IMG/VR virus record: IMGVR_UViG_3300027906_004086
Strand: one strand, 5' to 3'
DNA: 64,000 nt
From: an uncultured virus (IMG/VR IMGVR_UViG_3300027906_004086)
Taxonomy: Duplodnaviria > Heunggongvirae > Uroviricota > Caudoviricetes
Shown here: in pieces, positions 11,201-20,260 of the stretch
Position numbering within the stretch: position 1 is the stretch's first letter
Layout: each line of letters starts with the position of its first letter
Position numbers and translations under genes: made by a program
Notes under the pieces: model-generated
The model's input: only the letters and a program-made list of their open reading frames with translations
The model's database searches: none
Told to the model about the DNA's origin: nothing

Positions 11201-12329
11201 ATTAGGTGCTCAGCACTCAATGGATGCTGAATCCAGTGATCTTTTGGTCAATGGGCAGGCACAGGTTAACCTAAAACTTCAAGTGAAATCACTTGATGGT
11301 GATGCTATTGGCCTTGGTGCAGCTGCAAATGCAGTAACATCATGGGGACCGTTTGTAGCGGATGAAGCTTCTGTCGTTAAGGTTGACTTAATGGCCGGTT
11401 CACAAGGGAGTGGCTTGACTAGAGGGTTCGTCTTTAATGATGATGCCCCTGTTATTCCAGCCCTAAGGTTGGCCTCGAGTATCGATGCTGCTTCTTCTAG
11501 AGAAATATTCTCCGGTGCAGAGGCAGAGTTCCAGCTAAATAATTTCGCATCCGGTAACGGTGGCGAAGCTGATGCACTAATCGGTGGATCTTTAGCAATG
11601 GCCGGTACTACCCGTGATAGACTGGTTGCTGAAAGCAGCATTTGGTTTGGTGAAGAGCTCCATGTGGATATGCTAAAATCATCGCAAGATGAATTAAGGC
11701 TCCAGGACAAGTTTACCGATGGCAGCACTCAGTTGATTGATGGATCAGCTGGCTCATCCTATAAGGACATTGCCCAGGCGAATGTAGACATTTATGGATA
11801 TACATTCTCACCAGATGATGCCACCATTAGGGCCCTCATTAGAGCCGGTGTTGATGTTCTTCATGAACTGACGATGCAGGAAGCTCATGATGCTGGTTTA
11901 CTTCCAGCAAATGGTGCCGGTTCACTAGCTGATCACCTCGCTACTGCTGGAGCCTTGGCATCTGACCCATCTGGAAAGAGCTTTGTAAATCTTATGAAGT
12001 CTATTAGTGCTGCTATGAATGCATCTGCTGGTATGTCACATGAAGAACGTATTAGTCAATACTACGCTCCGAATACGCCTATAGCAATGTCGGAAGCTTT
12101 CCACGCCCTGCCAATTGGCACCGGTGCAGAAGGTGATATTGCAACTGGTGCACTGGCTGATGCTACTAAGAAGCGGATTGAGGTATACTTAAATGGTCAA
12201 CGTATTCCAGATAGCGAATACGACTTGATCCTTTCTGCAACCCATTCTGGTAAAAAGATAGCATTCAGGAAGTCTATTGAACGACGTGATATCCTTATCA
12301 TCGAGTCAAAGGTAGCTAATCCAGGCTAA
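5298..12329 (+). CDS. Giant fibre/adhesin-like virion protein (2343 aa): three LamG/ConA-like domains plus beta-repeat shaft
   Basis: Three LamG-like units (SLWINP...WQHLAI...VYVNG...GMIDDLKVWNR and two more); G-x-L-x-V-x-G repeats; RBS AAGGAG. Confidence 0.75.
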   Translation: MSIALSEGLISSYSFDTDASDSTGTNHGANSSPAPSYISSVGRDVVSFDGIMQNITFPGTSDFSFTTGDFALSLWINPGDNTQTQTIGRVVIGNHQTISGTHWAGWSIRHSPSYPSPAVNNRYTFHTFAWPDHYNTTFTLLPNQWQHLAINRSGTVIEVYVNGVLASTGTCASNFAYNQFSGDDLKIGIGPPNGSAWKGMIDDLKVWNRTLSASNLAELNPTPSQLLSHQYLLHADVQDSFAVGIANLDGTNQTDIQFVWDADIESMVANFQGTSSGTAYFQISNTLANSFGTGTDGTQADTGAYSLGFWIRPTSLPSPSGQHYIITDHSHGVGGESFQCWLDDQGDIYLQHKDQNGGHTTWSWDTNTPLNQWSHILFTWDDQNGTCYLNGNTLGSKVMTAPPWDSPNPLFVGYRNQGGGDNHYGFEGYMTNLDIWLDQVLSPSQVSAVYSSVQKQTNTGENNMSFSTANKVRYLFEESLASSDSGSTGAVTLTGAENYIDVVDDRQLGAKALTSPDGGWATLPSDMSQLNSTEGYTISFWAKADQYQSGQSTPYAMEGMFLSSGGASSPYNFSFHNSAGTFLDWGMGASNGEGRLQSWTAEITNAWKHFAIVVKKGDAAYGQANQSGDDALMRIYVNGGLVASQSPKSGSTYLAFDPQTADLSGWNIGRGFQGDIDAFEVYDAPATSADVLSLYSAVLEVRTDVQITNVQAGSSAGSVQFDVGSTQHPVATLPFAVAVIKDDGQLLYNGMDPLAFMSMGSSGPAFDPLGTANSYPPVTATQYLYSNNKWGGSNGADIDLENDSYSLYWTDDQNFINAGMSMSTLDPSFTAADGTLLGSITWDGSSFSFSASGASPYAGLVAGDYPLEDIMDALHLDNDGSYLDKVSLTQIKSRLASGDQYGYRPRHVETSLLAEEFIKDLKSMTILAAKNANHISVAEYDLMVLASPAGFGYDHGTHPGASIAPGTNGYDSSKDPAVAKVPEVPMVMMLDSYRSQLSRLLDRDETIRWDSAPHTAIMVAKSSQNITAGHTGGLLVSAGDLKVTSKLVVAAALQIGGDLDIASISWDDALAGGLVTQVQYDAEVPANGDGTHPHADLIHLKVDSDFTGAGDLEVLETTTFGDAQANKSPSDLAADLVDMNSTLEVVTTSELHKDVHAHSTMQVQDTAGAYAASNAYATNITGDVQIGLTAAPTNALHLDVNAATGDNLLDSKATFDEDLQVEGLLNVDGAAAFDGATFTTFDVLASDRVTFDSADADSGSTPSISIKAEATGGTGGTVKFETTDSSKKIHLSSAGVGAKTLITGAVDITDELDVGGAAQLGDVGAAKSDSDLAADLVDINANLTVAGLTQMDEKVDADSTLSAAGKVTIKDSSSTGSVLDGDLTVGADAAAAKSDMGAAVTAGADAIAGLSQTKVMSDIKVGDLGSEVAITINDAPGSSSTYHDSRTIEDGVSLNASGLAVIRSNDVSNPDADDIDVHIWASDAAGSIYLKGHQGIEVIGDLNAGSGADIKFDDQVDIKGNLTIEVDQNSAGPAMKMVSGGTNKMTMTVNTSGAAPKVDTVINNTVTAGIPQGGQLSIDGSLTVTGALLTPSPQLNIQAQTEVKISDNIFELSYESEFLSFADAIAFQSTHNAFSIAQIEAAAVAASDSDATLYAELTDAEKAQSTGGTAVEVRRDSNAGLYVPRTAVNPDGLSFWLQSSGDSHASDSDFMDRVINQGSRAMVVSPNNANPTDINDDTVMSIVRDGAGYLDGQAGSTYLDGSLVQALPVTPLWWQALLRASRLSSSEYTKMQATWNDAQLMLDPNWVAMSEAEIRANVLFLAGQTSTTPARDETPTMGLQYTGPMFHALQEKFAVLDNTVFQLMFAEKDIDGSGKLSIQNSGAKSGSRHIFGTAPSLVVGGNGGVDKSEFGSTLDMGTDSSKADLMVFKAHAGAPVAQNIQLDSQDALVFTQPAGQLRPGHASGQGMLLGAQHSMDAESSDLLVNGQAQVNLKLQVKSLDGDAIGLGAAANAVTSWGPFVADEASVVKVDLMAGSQGSGLTRGFVFNDDAPVIPALRLASSIDAASSREIFSGAEAEFQLNNFASGNGGEADALIGGSLAMAGTTRDRLVAESSIWFGEELHVDMLKSSQDELRLQDKFTDGSTQLIDGSAGSSYKDIAQANVDIYGYTFSPDDATIRALIRAGVDVLHELTMQEAHDAGLLPANGAGSLADHLATAGALASDPSGKSFVNLMKSISAAMNASAGMSHEERISQYYAPNTPIAMSEAFHALPIGTGAEGDIATGALADATKKRIEVYLNGQRIPDSEYDLILSATHSGKKIAFRKSIERRDILIIESKVANPG

Positions 12330-12341
12330 CATTTAAATCCA

Positions 12342-12379
12342 TCCTGGCCCACACCCTTCATCGGGTGTGGGTTTCAGGA
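12342..12379 (+). terminator. GC-rich hairpin after the giant fibre gene (terminator or RNA-processing stem)
   Basis: cccacaccc-ttcatc-gggtgtggg, extended by tcctg/cagga; U-tract weak. Confidence 0.6.
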
Positions 12380-12437
12380 GTTCAGTTTAGTTTTTAAGCG
12401 CAAATAAAACAAAACTTTCTTATAAGGAGAAAACAAA

Positions 12438-15400
12438 ATGAGTAACTTTTATATACAGGACTTTTCTGGTGCCGCGTATAACGGCTTTGTAGCCGGACAA
12501 GGTATTAGTATTTCCGAATTAGCACCCGGTCTTGGGGAATTCGGGTATGACAAGGTCCTCCTCAAGCATGCAGTCCAGCCTGCAGTTGCTGGCACCTATG
12601 GTGTTGGAACCACAGTTGAATTTAACATCGCCAACATTCCGTTTCCTATCATCCTCCGGGTTAGTGACGAAATTGTAACCGGTCCTGATGGCGCCGACTA
12701 TATCTTGTTAGAAGCTGACGGCGTACCATTCTCAGCTAACCCATCTTTGGGTATTCAACCCAACGCATGGCCTTTCCGCTCTGCACTTGATGCCTCCGGC
12801 AATTCCTGGAATGATCCTATGAATGGTGGCATGCCTGCTGTCGATTACTTTACTATGCTTTTCACTTCCTTGCCAGTAGAGTATGGGATGATGACTAGCC
12901 TAGATGGTAGAATGAAGATAAGCACTGAGCAAATCAAACACCGTCTCCACACTGACGGGTACGCAACGGGTGGTTATAAGCCATCACAGCCGGCTTCTGA
13001 GTCAGGTCAAACAAACTATAAACCATTCCCTGCTGAAGGGACTATCTCCGCGCTTCGTGGGGGCGCAGAGCAAGGTACACATGCCAAGACAATTCCTTTC
13101 GTAGTCGAAATGGATATGGTTGAAGCCCAGATTGCACGCCTTCTTGACGCTGACCTCTCTGTCGACTTCGACTCCGCTTCCCCAGTATGGCGCGCCGAGT
13201 CCGATGCAGACAACGATGGTAGTAACAGAAAAGAGCTTAAAGCTCTTGGCGACATGATGGTAGCTCAGCAGCTAAACGTTGGTGGTGGTGCCCAGGTTGG
13301 TTTAGATGCCAACGTAGCCGGTAACCTCACTGTTGGCGGTGATTCCTTGGTTGACGGCGATCTCCAAATTGGTGGCGCTTCGGTCCTTCAAGGTGCAGTT
13401 ACAGCTAATGCAAATATCGATGTCCAAGGTACCTCTGATCTTCATGGTGCAGTTACTGCCCGCGAAAATCTCCAGGTTGATGGCCAGCTTGATGCACTTA
13501 ATGGTGTACAAACTAGTGGGAACCTCCATGTAGTCGGAACATCTGACTTCGACAGCAATGTTGTCATGGCTTCTGCACAAGTTGTCGCACAGCTTGACGT
13601 TGATGGCAGCGCCGACTTTGATGTCACATCATTTGCTGTTGATGCAACTGGCAAGATTGATATTAAGTCAACTGCTACAGACAGCGGCGCCGATAAGGCG
13701 ATCGAAATTGTTGCTGGCACTGGTGGTAGCATCGATATTAAAGGTGACGCTGGGATCAGCATGACTGGTGATGTTGCTGCGTCTGATGATGTAGAAATAA
13801 CATCAACACTTCTTGTTGGTGGAGCTTCCACATTCCAGGGTAATGTTGCAGCTGCAGCTGATCTCGAGGTTCAAGGAACATCCGGACTCACAGGTGCAGT
13901 TACAATGGGTAGCACACTAGAAGTTGATGGTGATCTTCAGGCTAATGCAGATATGCAAGTCCAAAAAGAACTCGAGGTTCAGGGCGATGCTTCGTTCCTT
14001 AAGGATCTAGACATTGCAGGGAAAGCAACCCTTTCCGGTGACCTCGAGGTTGTTGGTGCTGTTGACATTGATGCAACAACTATGGATATTCAGGCAGTAG
14101 GTAATATTGACATTAAGTCATCTGCCTCTGACGGCGCTGCTAAGGCACTTGAGATTATCGCCGCTGCAGGTACTCTTAAACTTGAAGGTTCAGCTGGTGT
14201 TGAATTTGACGGCGACGTAGAGTTCAAAGATGATGTGAAAATCATGGATACCCTTACACTTGAAAATGGTGCTGGCGAAACCGCTGAGCCTGACTTCAAG
14301 CTTCAATACAACGATGGTAACTCAATCACTGAATTGATTCACTTCGACGGATCCTCAACCGCAATGGTTGCTGATTTCTCTGGTGATGTAACAATCGGTG
14401 GTTCACTATTAGTAACTGATGCTATCCAAGTACAGGGTTCTGAGGTTAACATTATCGCAAATGTTGCAACTGCTGCTGATAATATCTTAGAGATCAACAA
14501 GGATAACACAGGCTCTCATAAGTCTGTAGGTATCATCCTTGATGGTGCCCCAACTGAAAAGGATTACTTCTTCGGTGTTAACAAGGCTTCTGACCGATTC
14601 GTTCTCACGAAGGAATTAGCAGCTGATGACTGGGTACAAAGCTCAGTCACCGAAGATGCTAAGTCACAACTTGATTCAGCACATGCAGATTACAGCGCAA
14701 AGGTTGTTGCTGCTGAGCTTCATGTTGGTTCATTCCGCTCTGAGGGTCTTATGGACATCGAAGGCGAACTGCACGTTGGTAGCGTCTTAGACGTAACTTC
14801 TGCAGGCGGAGTAGCTATCACTGGAGACCTAATGGTTTCTGAAAAGGGTAGCTTCGATGGTGATCTTGACGTTGATGGAGCTGCTGATATCAAGGGTGGC
14901 TTAGAAGTCGAAGGTATCTTCAAGGCAGATAACAACGCTGGTACTTATAGCCTAGTTGTTGATCACAGTCAGGCTGGTCTCAGTGGCAATGATGCCAATG
15001 GACGCCTAGATCTTCAAACTGGCGTTGCTCAACTCAAGCTTGTCGGGGATCTTGATGTTCAAGACGCGCTTGTACAGAACGCTGTTGTTGAAGGTGGATT
15101 CCAGGCTTTCGGTGAAGTAGGTCTTGGTGCTGCAGGCTCAGAGGTAAGATCATATGGTGAGTTCACCGGTGAATTATCCGCAGAGTTTAAATCTAGCCTC
15201 AAGGTATCTGATGATGGAGCCGGTGGTTACCACTTGGCTATTGACAGTGCTGCACAGACTTCTGGGATTAGTATTTCTGGTAGAGCGTTAGCCAATGGAT
15301 CAGATGCCTTCCTCACTGTTGCTGATGGTAAAGATGCTCTCATCAAGGGTGACCTTGGTGTTAAGGGTGATGTAGTTGCAGGCGGAGACATCTGGTTTGG

Positions 15401-15902
15401 GGATTACCTCAAGTCAAGAGATGAGTTCTTAATGCAGGATTCATTTGTCGCTGGACAGTCATTCGATGACAAGGATAGCAACCCGCATAATGTCTATGGG
15501 TACGCTCTAGCTAGCCATGCAGACGACATTCAGGCTGTCCTGAATAACTCTGCCGACGCGTTGGTTGATATCACCGTCGACGGTGTTGCTAAGAAGCACA
15601 TTAATATCATGGGTATTCTATCTGGCTTAATTGCTGGTGGTAGTACACTTCGATATGAGTATGCAATCCCAACAGGGGCTGGTATTGATAAGGGTGCAAC
15701 CTTTAACATCGGCCAGGTCATTCATGACGAAACTTCATCCTACAAAGAGAAGATGAAGTGGTACCTTAATGGGCAGCGTCTTTCTGATGATGATTACACT
15801 ATCGTTTCAGGAAATGCCGGTAAGGATATTTCATTCAACTTGAGGTTGGAAGAAGATGATGTTCTTATCGTTGACATCAACGATGCAAACCCAGCTGCAT
15901 AA
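12438..15902 (+). CDS. Fibre-like virion protein (1154 aa), paralog of 5298..12329
   Basis: Many xLxVxG repeats; shared QIKxRL, IWFG, YGY and YLNGQR blocks; RBS AAGGAG. Confidence 0.7.
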   Translation: MSNFYIQDFSGAAYNGFVAGQGISISELAPGLGEFGYDKVLLKHAVQPAVAGTYGVGTTVEFNIANIPFPIILRVSDEIVTGPDGADYILLEADGVPFSANPSLGIQPNAWPFRSALDASGNSWNDPMNGGMPAVDYFTMLFTSLPVEYGMMTSLDGRMKISTEQIKHRLHTDGYATGGYKPSQPASESGQTNYKPFPAEGTISALRGGAEQGTHAKTIPFVVEMDMVEAQIARLLDADLSVDFDSASPVWRAESDADNDGSNRKELKALGDMMVAQQLNVGGGAQVGLDANVAGNLTVGGDSLVDGDLQIGGASVLQGAVTANANIDVQGTSDLHGAVTARENLQVDGQLDALNGVQTSGNLHVVGTSDFDSNVVMASAQVVAQLDVDGSADFDVTSFAVDATGKIDIKSTATDSGADKAIEIVAGTGGSIDIKGDAGISMTGDVAASDDVEITSTLLVGGASTFQGNVAAAADLEVQGTSGLTGAVTMGSTLEVDGDLQANADMQVQKELEVQGDASFLKDLDIAGKATLSGDLEVVGAVDIDATTMDIQAVGNIDIKSSASDGAAKALEIIAAAGTLKLEGSAGVEFDGDVEFKDDVKIMDTLTLENGAGETAEPDFKLQYNDGNSITELIHFDGSSTAMVADFSGDVTIGGSLLVTDAIQVQGSEVNIIANVATAADNILEINKDNTGSHKSVGIILDGAPTEKDYFFGVNKASDRFVLTKELAADDWVQSSVTEDAKSQLDSAHADYSAKVVAAELHVGSFRSEGLMDIEGELHVGSVLDVTSAGGVAITGDLMVSEKGSFDGDLDVDGAADIKGGLEVEGIFKADNNAGTYSLVVDHSQAGLSGNDANGRLDLQTGVAQLKLVGDLDVQDALVQNAVVEGGFQAFGEVGLGAAGSEVRSYGEFTGELSAEFKSSLKVSDDGAGGYHLAIDSAAQTSGISISGRALANGSDAFLTVADGKDALIKGDLGVKGDVVAGGDIWFGDYLKSRDEFLMQDSFVAGQSFDDKDSNPHNVYGYALASHADDIQAVLNNSADALVDITVDGVAKKHINIMGILSGLIAGGSTLRYEYAIPTGAGIDKGATFNIGQVIHDETSSYKEKMKWYLNGQRLSDDDYTIVSGNAGKDISFNLRLEEDDVLIVDINDANPAA

Positions 15903-15934
15903 TTAAAAACAGCTAACTAAACTTTTAAAGTTAT

Positions 15935-15965
15935 GGGCTGCCCTCCGGGGCAGCCCTTTTTTTTT
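15935..15965 (+). terminator. Intrinsic terminator
   Basis: gggctgccc-tccg-gggcagccc followed by a T9 run. Confidence 0.92.
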
Positions 15966-16021
15966 AACCAAATGATAGTTTTGAGTTATATTTGTCTTAG
16001 TATATTGCTAGGAGAAATGTT

Positions 16022-16729
16022 ATGGATCAAAGAGACGATTTAGCGTCAATGATAACAGGAAAGATGGTTGAGCTATCTTCCGGTATAGAAGAGAAGATTA
16101 ACAATGCTGCAGTACAAGCAAAGGTGGTGCTTGATTTAAGCTCTGCAGTAAGGGTACATTTGCAAAAGATATCTGAAATTGCTAATTCCGGTGGTGAACC
16201 TGCAGCCGTTGTTGATGCTTTAAGAACCTCAGTCCAGAACCTAAGTGCCGCACTCCAAAATGAGGAGTCCCGTGTAAGAACAAATTATGATTCTATGGTG
16301 GCTAGAAAAACTGTTTTGCATGAGGTTTCTTCACTAATTGCAGAAGAGGTTGATTCTCATAAACACTGGATTAAAAAGAAAGCTGAGATTCAATCACGCC
16401 ACTTAGCTGGTGAAGATATGACAAGGGCGAAGAAAGGCCAACACCCAGAAAAAATTCGTGACGTCCGGAATGCCCTAGAGGATCTAGATCAAAAATTAAC
16501 CGAAACCACGGAAGATCCCCTGCCGGCAACGACGTTACATGATACGCCTGCGGAGCCTGAACCAGAGGCCCAAGAACCGACTGTAGAGCCTAGCACCATA
16601 TATACTAATGAAGAAATATTCGAGGAGGATCCTGGAGGACAGGAGATGCCTGCTCATGTTAGCCGGTTTTTTAAAGATGACTCAGAGGACGAGCAAGAAA
16701 ACGACTGGGATGATGAGCTAGAGGATTAA
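16022..16729 (+). CDS. Hypothetical coiled-coil protein with acidic tail
   Basis: 235-aa ORF with AGGAG RBS. Confidence 0.6.
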   Translation: MDQRDDLASMITGKMVELSSGIEEKINNAAVQAKVVLDLSSAVRVHLQKISEIANSGGEPAAVVDALRTSVQNLSAALQNEESRVRTNYDSMVARKTVLHEVSSLIAEEVDSHKHWIKKKAEIQSRHLAGEDMTRAKKGQHPEKIRDVRNALEDLDQKLTETTEDPLPATTLHDTPAEPEPEAQEPTVEPSTIYTNEEIFEEDPGGQEMPAHVSRFFKDDSEDEQENDWDDELED

Positions 16730-16731
16730 TC

Positions 16732-17268
16732 ATGGGTGATCATAAATGTGCAACTTTACTTAAGTCAGTTAACTTCGGCCGGCGCCATGCCGGTCTCACA
16801 ACTGTTGGGTATACTCTTTTAGATGAGTTTGGTGAAGTACTTTTAGAACGACAGGCATTTTCTGACGGCGTACATGAGGTAGGTTCGAATACCGGTATAT
16901 ACGCTTCCCTTATGGAATTTCACATTGATTATGCTAGCATATTATGGGATACAGGGGGAGATACCCCTTTATTTGCTACTGAGCAATATAACAGACTTGA
17001 GAATAACCCTCGGCTAGATCATACGTGGGAAGACGTTTCTTTTATTAAGGCAATCACAGGGGGAAGGTGGACTATTGATCCTGACTCTTGCCAAATGGTA
17101 TTTTATGACGATACAAATACTGGCGTTATTGCTAGGTATAGTCTTTTTGGCATTGATGGTAACCCTTGTTACGATGGCGTATTTTCTAGGGTAAGAAACG
17201 ATTCTAATTTAGATTGCGGGTGTGAAGGAGATTTACTGAAGCCACCGCAGCCTAAGGAAATTGATTAG
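16732..17268 (+). CDS. Hypothetical, possibly structural protein
   Basis: 178-aa ORF abutting neighbours, GAGGA RBS. Confidence 0.6.
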   Translation: MGDHKCATLLKSVNFGRRHAGLTTVGYTLLDEFGEVLLERQAFSDGVHEVGSNTGIYASLMEFHIDYASILWDTGGDTPLFATEQYNRLENNPRLDHTWEDVSFIKAITGGRWTIDPDSCQMVFYDDTNTGVIARYSLFGIDGNPCYDGVFSRVRNDSNLDCGCEGDLLKPPQPKEID

Positions 17269-17693
17269 TGGCCATAGTATCGTCAATAGTCACGATGGGT
17301 ATGGGCCCAGGGCCAGGTGGCTTAATCACAATGGGTATGGGCCCGTCCATGGCAATATCAACCGTATCGACTGTCCCTGCATCCGATCAGGCATCATCAT
17401 GGTCACCATGGTCATCAACCTGGTCAAGGAAAAAGAAATATCCATGGCTAGAAAATGTAGCTGATGTCCCCAGCTTGTATGTCGTAAGGGCCACGTTGAT
17501 CAACGTTAACGGCAATGAATTTGCTTATCCGGTTTCCAATTCAGTCACTAATGGTTATTATGAAAAAAGAAAACCTCGGGTACATGCAACATTTAAGTGG
17601 GCTAAAGCAATAAAAGCCTCCGTCAGCAACATAATTATAAATGCATTAAGAATATTTCGGGGCAAAGAGATAGAGGAGGATTTTAATGAGTGA
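17268..17693 (+). CDS. Hypothetical protein
   Basis: GTG start coupled to upstream stop; duplicated xTMGMGP motif. Confidence 0.55.
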   Translation: MAIVSSIVTMGMGPGPGGLITMGMGPSMAISTVSTVPASDQASSWSPWSSTWSRKKKYPWLENVADVPSLYVVRATLINVNGNEFAYPVSNSVTNGYYEKRKPRVHATFKWAKAIKASVSNIIINALRIFRGKEIEEDFNE

Positions 17694-18282
17694 TATCCAA
17701 ATTCACTTAGATGAAGATAACGAGCTAAGGTTTGGCGTTGCCGTAGAGGGTGCCGAGTCAGGAAATATAACTTGCCGTATGGTACTAGAGTCTCCTAACT
17801 CTGCGCTAGGGATAATGTTTCCTGGACAAAGTGTTTCAAACGGCGAAGTGCGAGTGTTGGTACCTTCATTAAAGTCATTTTTAAATGAAGGTGTATATCC
17901 AATGAAGCTTGAAGTCCTAGTTGACGATCGAGTATTTACGCCTCTTTCAATGAATGTTGAGCTTAAGCAATCTGTCAAGGTCACTGCAGAGGCCCGGGTC
18001 ATTCACAAAAAGAAAGGCACTTCTGTCTCAGCAACAGTATTAAATGAAACAGCGCGTGTAGAACCAAGAAAACCTTCAAAACCTGTTGTCAGGACTGCTG
18101 AGAAGAAAGTACAGCCTGCACCCACTAAGTCACCTAAGAAGATTAATAAAAACATCCAACGTCAACGGTTAGTTAGGGAACAAAGAAAAACAAACCCCCA
18201 AGTGCATTCCCAACCAAGGCCCACTCCGGAAAAAGACTTAAAGAATATGTTAGTACAACTGTTCAATAAGGAGGACATCTAA
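17686..18282 (+). CDS. Hypothetical protein (beta-rich N-terminus, basic low-complexity C-terminus)
   Basis: 198-aa ORF with GAGGA RBS. Confidence 0.6.
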   Translation: MSDIQIHLDEDNELRFGVAVEGAESGNITCRMVLESPNSALGIMFPGQSVSNGEVRVLVPSLKSFLNEGVYPMKLEVLVDDRVFTPLSMNVELKQSVKVTAEARVIHKKKGTSVSATVLNETARVEPRKPSKPVVRTAEKKVQPAPTKSPKKINKNIQRQRLVREQRKTNPQVHSQPRPTPEKDLKNMLVQLFNKEDI

Positions 18283-18600
18283 ATGCCTGATTTTTTACAA
18301 ATTCTAGGGGAAGCTACACTAACAGCTGTAATAGCTAGCTACTGTGTTGGTATGGTATGGACTTTCCTAAGCTGGATTAGAACCATCCATGAAACACAGG
18401 CCCGCTCTAAGATGGCCGCTGATAGACGAGATAAAAACCTAGCGAACGCCCTCCGCCAATCTGCTCGTGATACATATGCAGAAGGACTTTGGGTAATTCC
18501 TATATGGCCCTTGGTTGTTTTAAGAAATCTAAGGACGGTCCTGGAGGTTCGTAAAAGTTATAGGGAAAGAAAGCAAGCCGAGAAAGATAGAAGCCGATAA
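18283..18600 (+). CDS. Small membrane protein
   Basis: Two hydrophobic segments; AGGAGG RBS. Confidence 0.55.
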   Translation: MPDFLQILGEATLTAVIASYCVGMVWTFLSWIRTIHETQARSKMAADRRDKNLANALRQSARDTYAEGLWVIPIWPLVVLRNLRTVLEVRKSYRERKQAEKDRSR

Positions 18601-18609
18601 GGGGTAAAA

Positions 18610-19362
18610 ATGTCAGGCCCCGAAAATATACTTTCGACCAAAGAAAAAGCACGCATAAAGAGATTGCGCCTTAAGCTTAGGCACCTGACGGAAGAGCTTG
18701 AGCAAGCTGAAGAGTTAATAAAGGAGTATGAATCCAGTTTCCAATCCGCAATATCTCAGCTTCAGGTCTCATTAGGCCTTAAAAAGCCCGATGAGGAAGC
18801 TCCTGTAAAAAATGATTCTGTTTCCTCATCCGCCGACCCTTCACCAGAGCCTAAAGTTTCAAGCCACACTCCTCCTAGTGATGCTACTACTCCTGAACCA
18901 GACGACGATGAACAGCTTAGGAGAGATGTAGAAAACCATTCCTCTGCTGCACCTTCATGGATGAAAAAGCTATATAAGCAGATTGCTATGAAGACACATC
19001 CGGATAGGATCGCACATCAAAACTTGTCACCATACGAGAAAGCAGAATATAAAAGGCTTTTTGATACTGCCAAGCACGCTATTAGGGAAGCCCGAGGTGG
19101 AGACTTAGTATATGCTGCAGAAGCGCTTGGGATTGATCCTGATATTTCTCCATCGATGAGAATTTCTCTTTTAGTTGCTAGGGGAGAAAAGATGAAGGCA
19201 GAGATCACTTCTATATATAAAAAGCCAAGTTGGGTCTGGGGTGAATCAGACGGAAACATAGAGGTAAGAAAAAAAATGTTGTCGAGCTTTTGCCAAGTCT
19301 ATGGTCTTAAGCTTCCGTCCGCAGATTTCTTGGATACATTTCTTGCAGGGTTAAGAGGTTAA
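18610..19362 (+). CDS. J-domain (DnaJ-like) protein with N-terminal coiled coil
   Basis: KKLYKQIAMKTHPDR (HPD motif). Confidence 0.75.
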   Translation: MSGPENILSTKEKARIKRLRLKLRHLTEELEQAEELIKEYESSFQSAISQLQVSLGLKKPDEEAPVKNDSVSSSADPSPEPKVSSHTPPSDATTPEPDDDEQLRRDVENHSSAAPSWMKKLYKQIAMKTHPDRIAHQNLSPYEKAEYKRLFDTAKHAIREARGGDLVYAAEALGIDPDISPSMRISLLVARGEKMKAEITSIYKKPSWVWGESDGNIEVRKKMLSSFCQVYGLKLPSADFLDTFLAGLRG

Positions 19363-19363
19363 C

Positions 19364-20185
19364 ATGGTAGCACCTTCAAAAGATTATAAGGTTTTAGGGT
19401 ATATAAAGCCTGACAGTTGTTTTTATACTTTGGCAGAGTGGGAGTTGTTTGCAAATAGGATGATTGAGTTACAATCAACCGGCCTAGATACAAGATCTGG
19501 CGAGATTAGTTGCAAAAACCCAACGTTTTGTAATACTGCTGATTTCGACGAGTTCATAGAGCTGGTGGCAAAACACTTTAGCTTTCAACTTGAGGTCGAG
19601 TCTAACCGGTATGAGCTTTTGACAAGAAAGAATGTTTTAGACTTTATAGAGGATTTTGTCAACCATCGATTTTGGGGATTTGAGAAAGAGTTTGGCCAAT
19701 ACTTTCCAGATGTAAGCCGGCTGAGGTTTGCATATTTTTATTCTCGTGGTGACATGGAACCCTATGTCTTATTAGACGAAGAGTATACGACCCAATTATA
19801 TGGATCAATGAATAATATAAAAGAACTATACCACTATACCACACCTTCAGGCCTGATGAGACTACAGGAAGCAATTCAAACAGGGAATACTTTTGACATC
19901 TCCACCTTCACAGTCGCTGAACGAAAATTCTTTAGAGAAAAATCAACACTCCTAGTTACACTTTCTGCAAATGTTAAGGCGGGTTTTCGTAGTGATATTA
20001 AGTCCGTCGCGACAAATACTGGCCGTAGGGCATGTAATATGTACCGTTTAGAATATCCAGGTAAAGATCAAGCAAATATATGTTATGAGCTGGATTCCTG
20101 TGATGGTACCGTAAAGACATCACTTTGGAATGAATATATAGCAGAGCCATTACAAATAATAAGCGTAGAAGACATTTCCGCTTAG
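19364..20185 (+). CDS. Hypothetical protein, possible ADP-ribosyltransferase-like C-terminal half
   Basis: LYHYTT...ISTFT...WNEYI motif order only. Confidence 0.45.
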   Translation: MVAPSKDYKVLGYIKPDSCFYTLAEWELFANRMIELQSTGLDTRSGEISCKNPTFCNTADFDEFIELVAKHFSFQLEVESNRYELLTRKNVLDFIEDFVNHRFWGFEKEFGQYFPDVSRLRFAYFYSRGDMEPYVLLDEEYTTQLYGSMNNIKELYHYTTPSGLMRLQEAIQTGNTFDISTFTVAERKFFREKSTLLVTLSANVKAGFRSDIKSVATNTGRRACNMYRLEYPGKDQANICYELDSCDGTVKTSLWNEYIAEPLQIISVEDISA

Positions 20186-20189
20186 CATA

Positions 20190-20218
20190 GTGTACATTTC
20201 TACAAGCTTCAATATAAT
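20190..20218 (+). promoter_or_regulatory. Promoter GTGTAC-N17-TATAAT
   Basis: Intergenic, upstream of the Fpg/Nei gene. Confidence 0.7.
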
Positions 20219-20260
20219 ATCTATTGAGACGTAATGTCAATTTAGCTGTTGGAGTATAGT

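Noticed and set aside
5298..15902. Diversity-generating retroelement target
   Set aside because: No reverse transcriptase or template/variable repeat pair seen in the window
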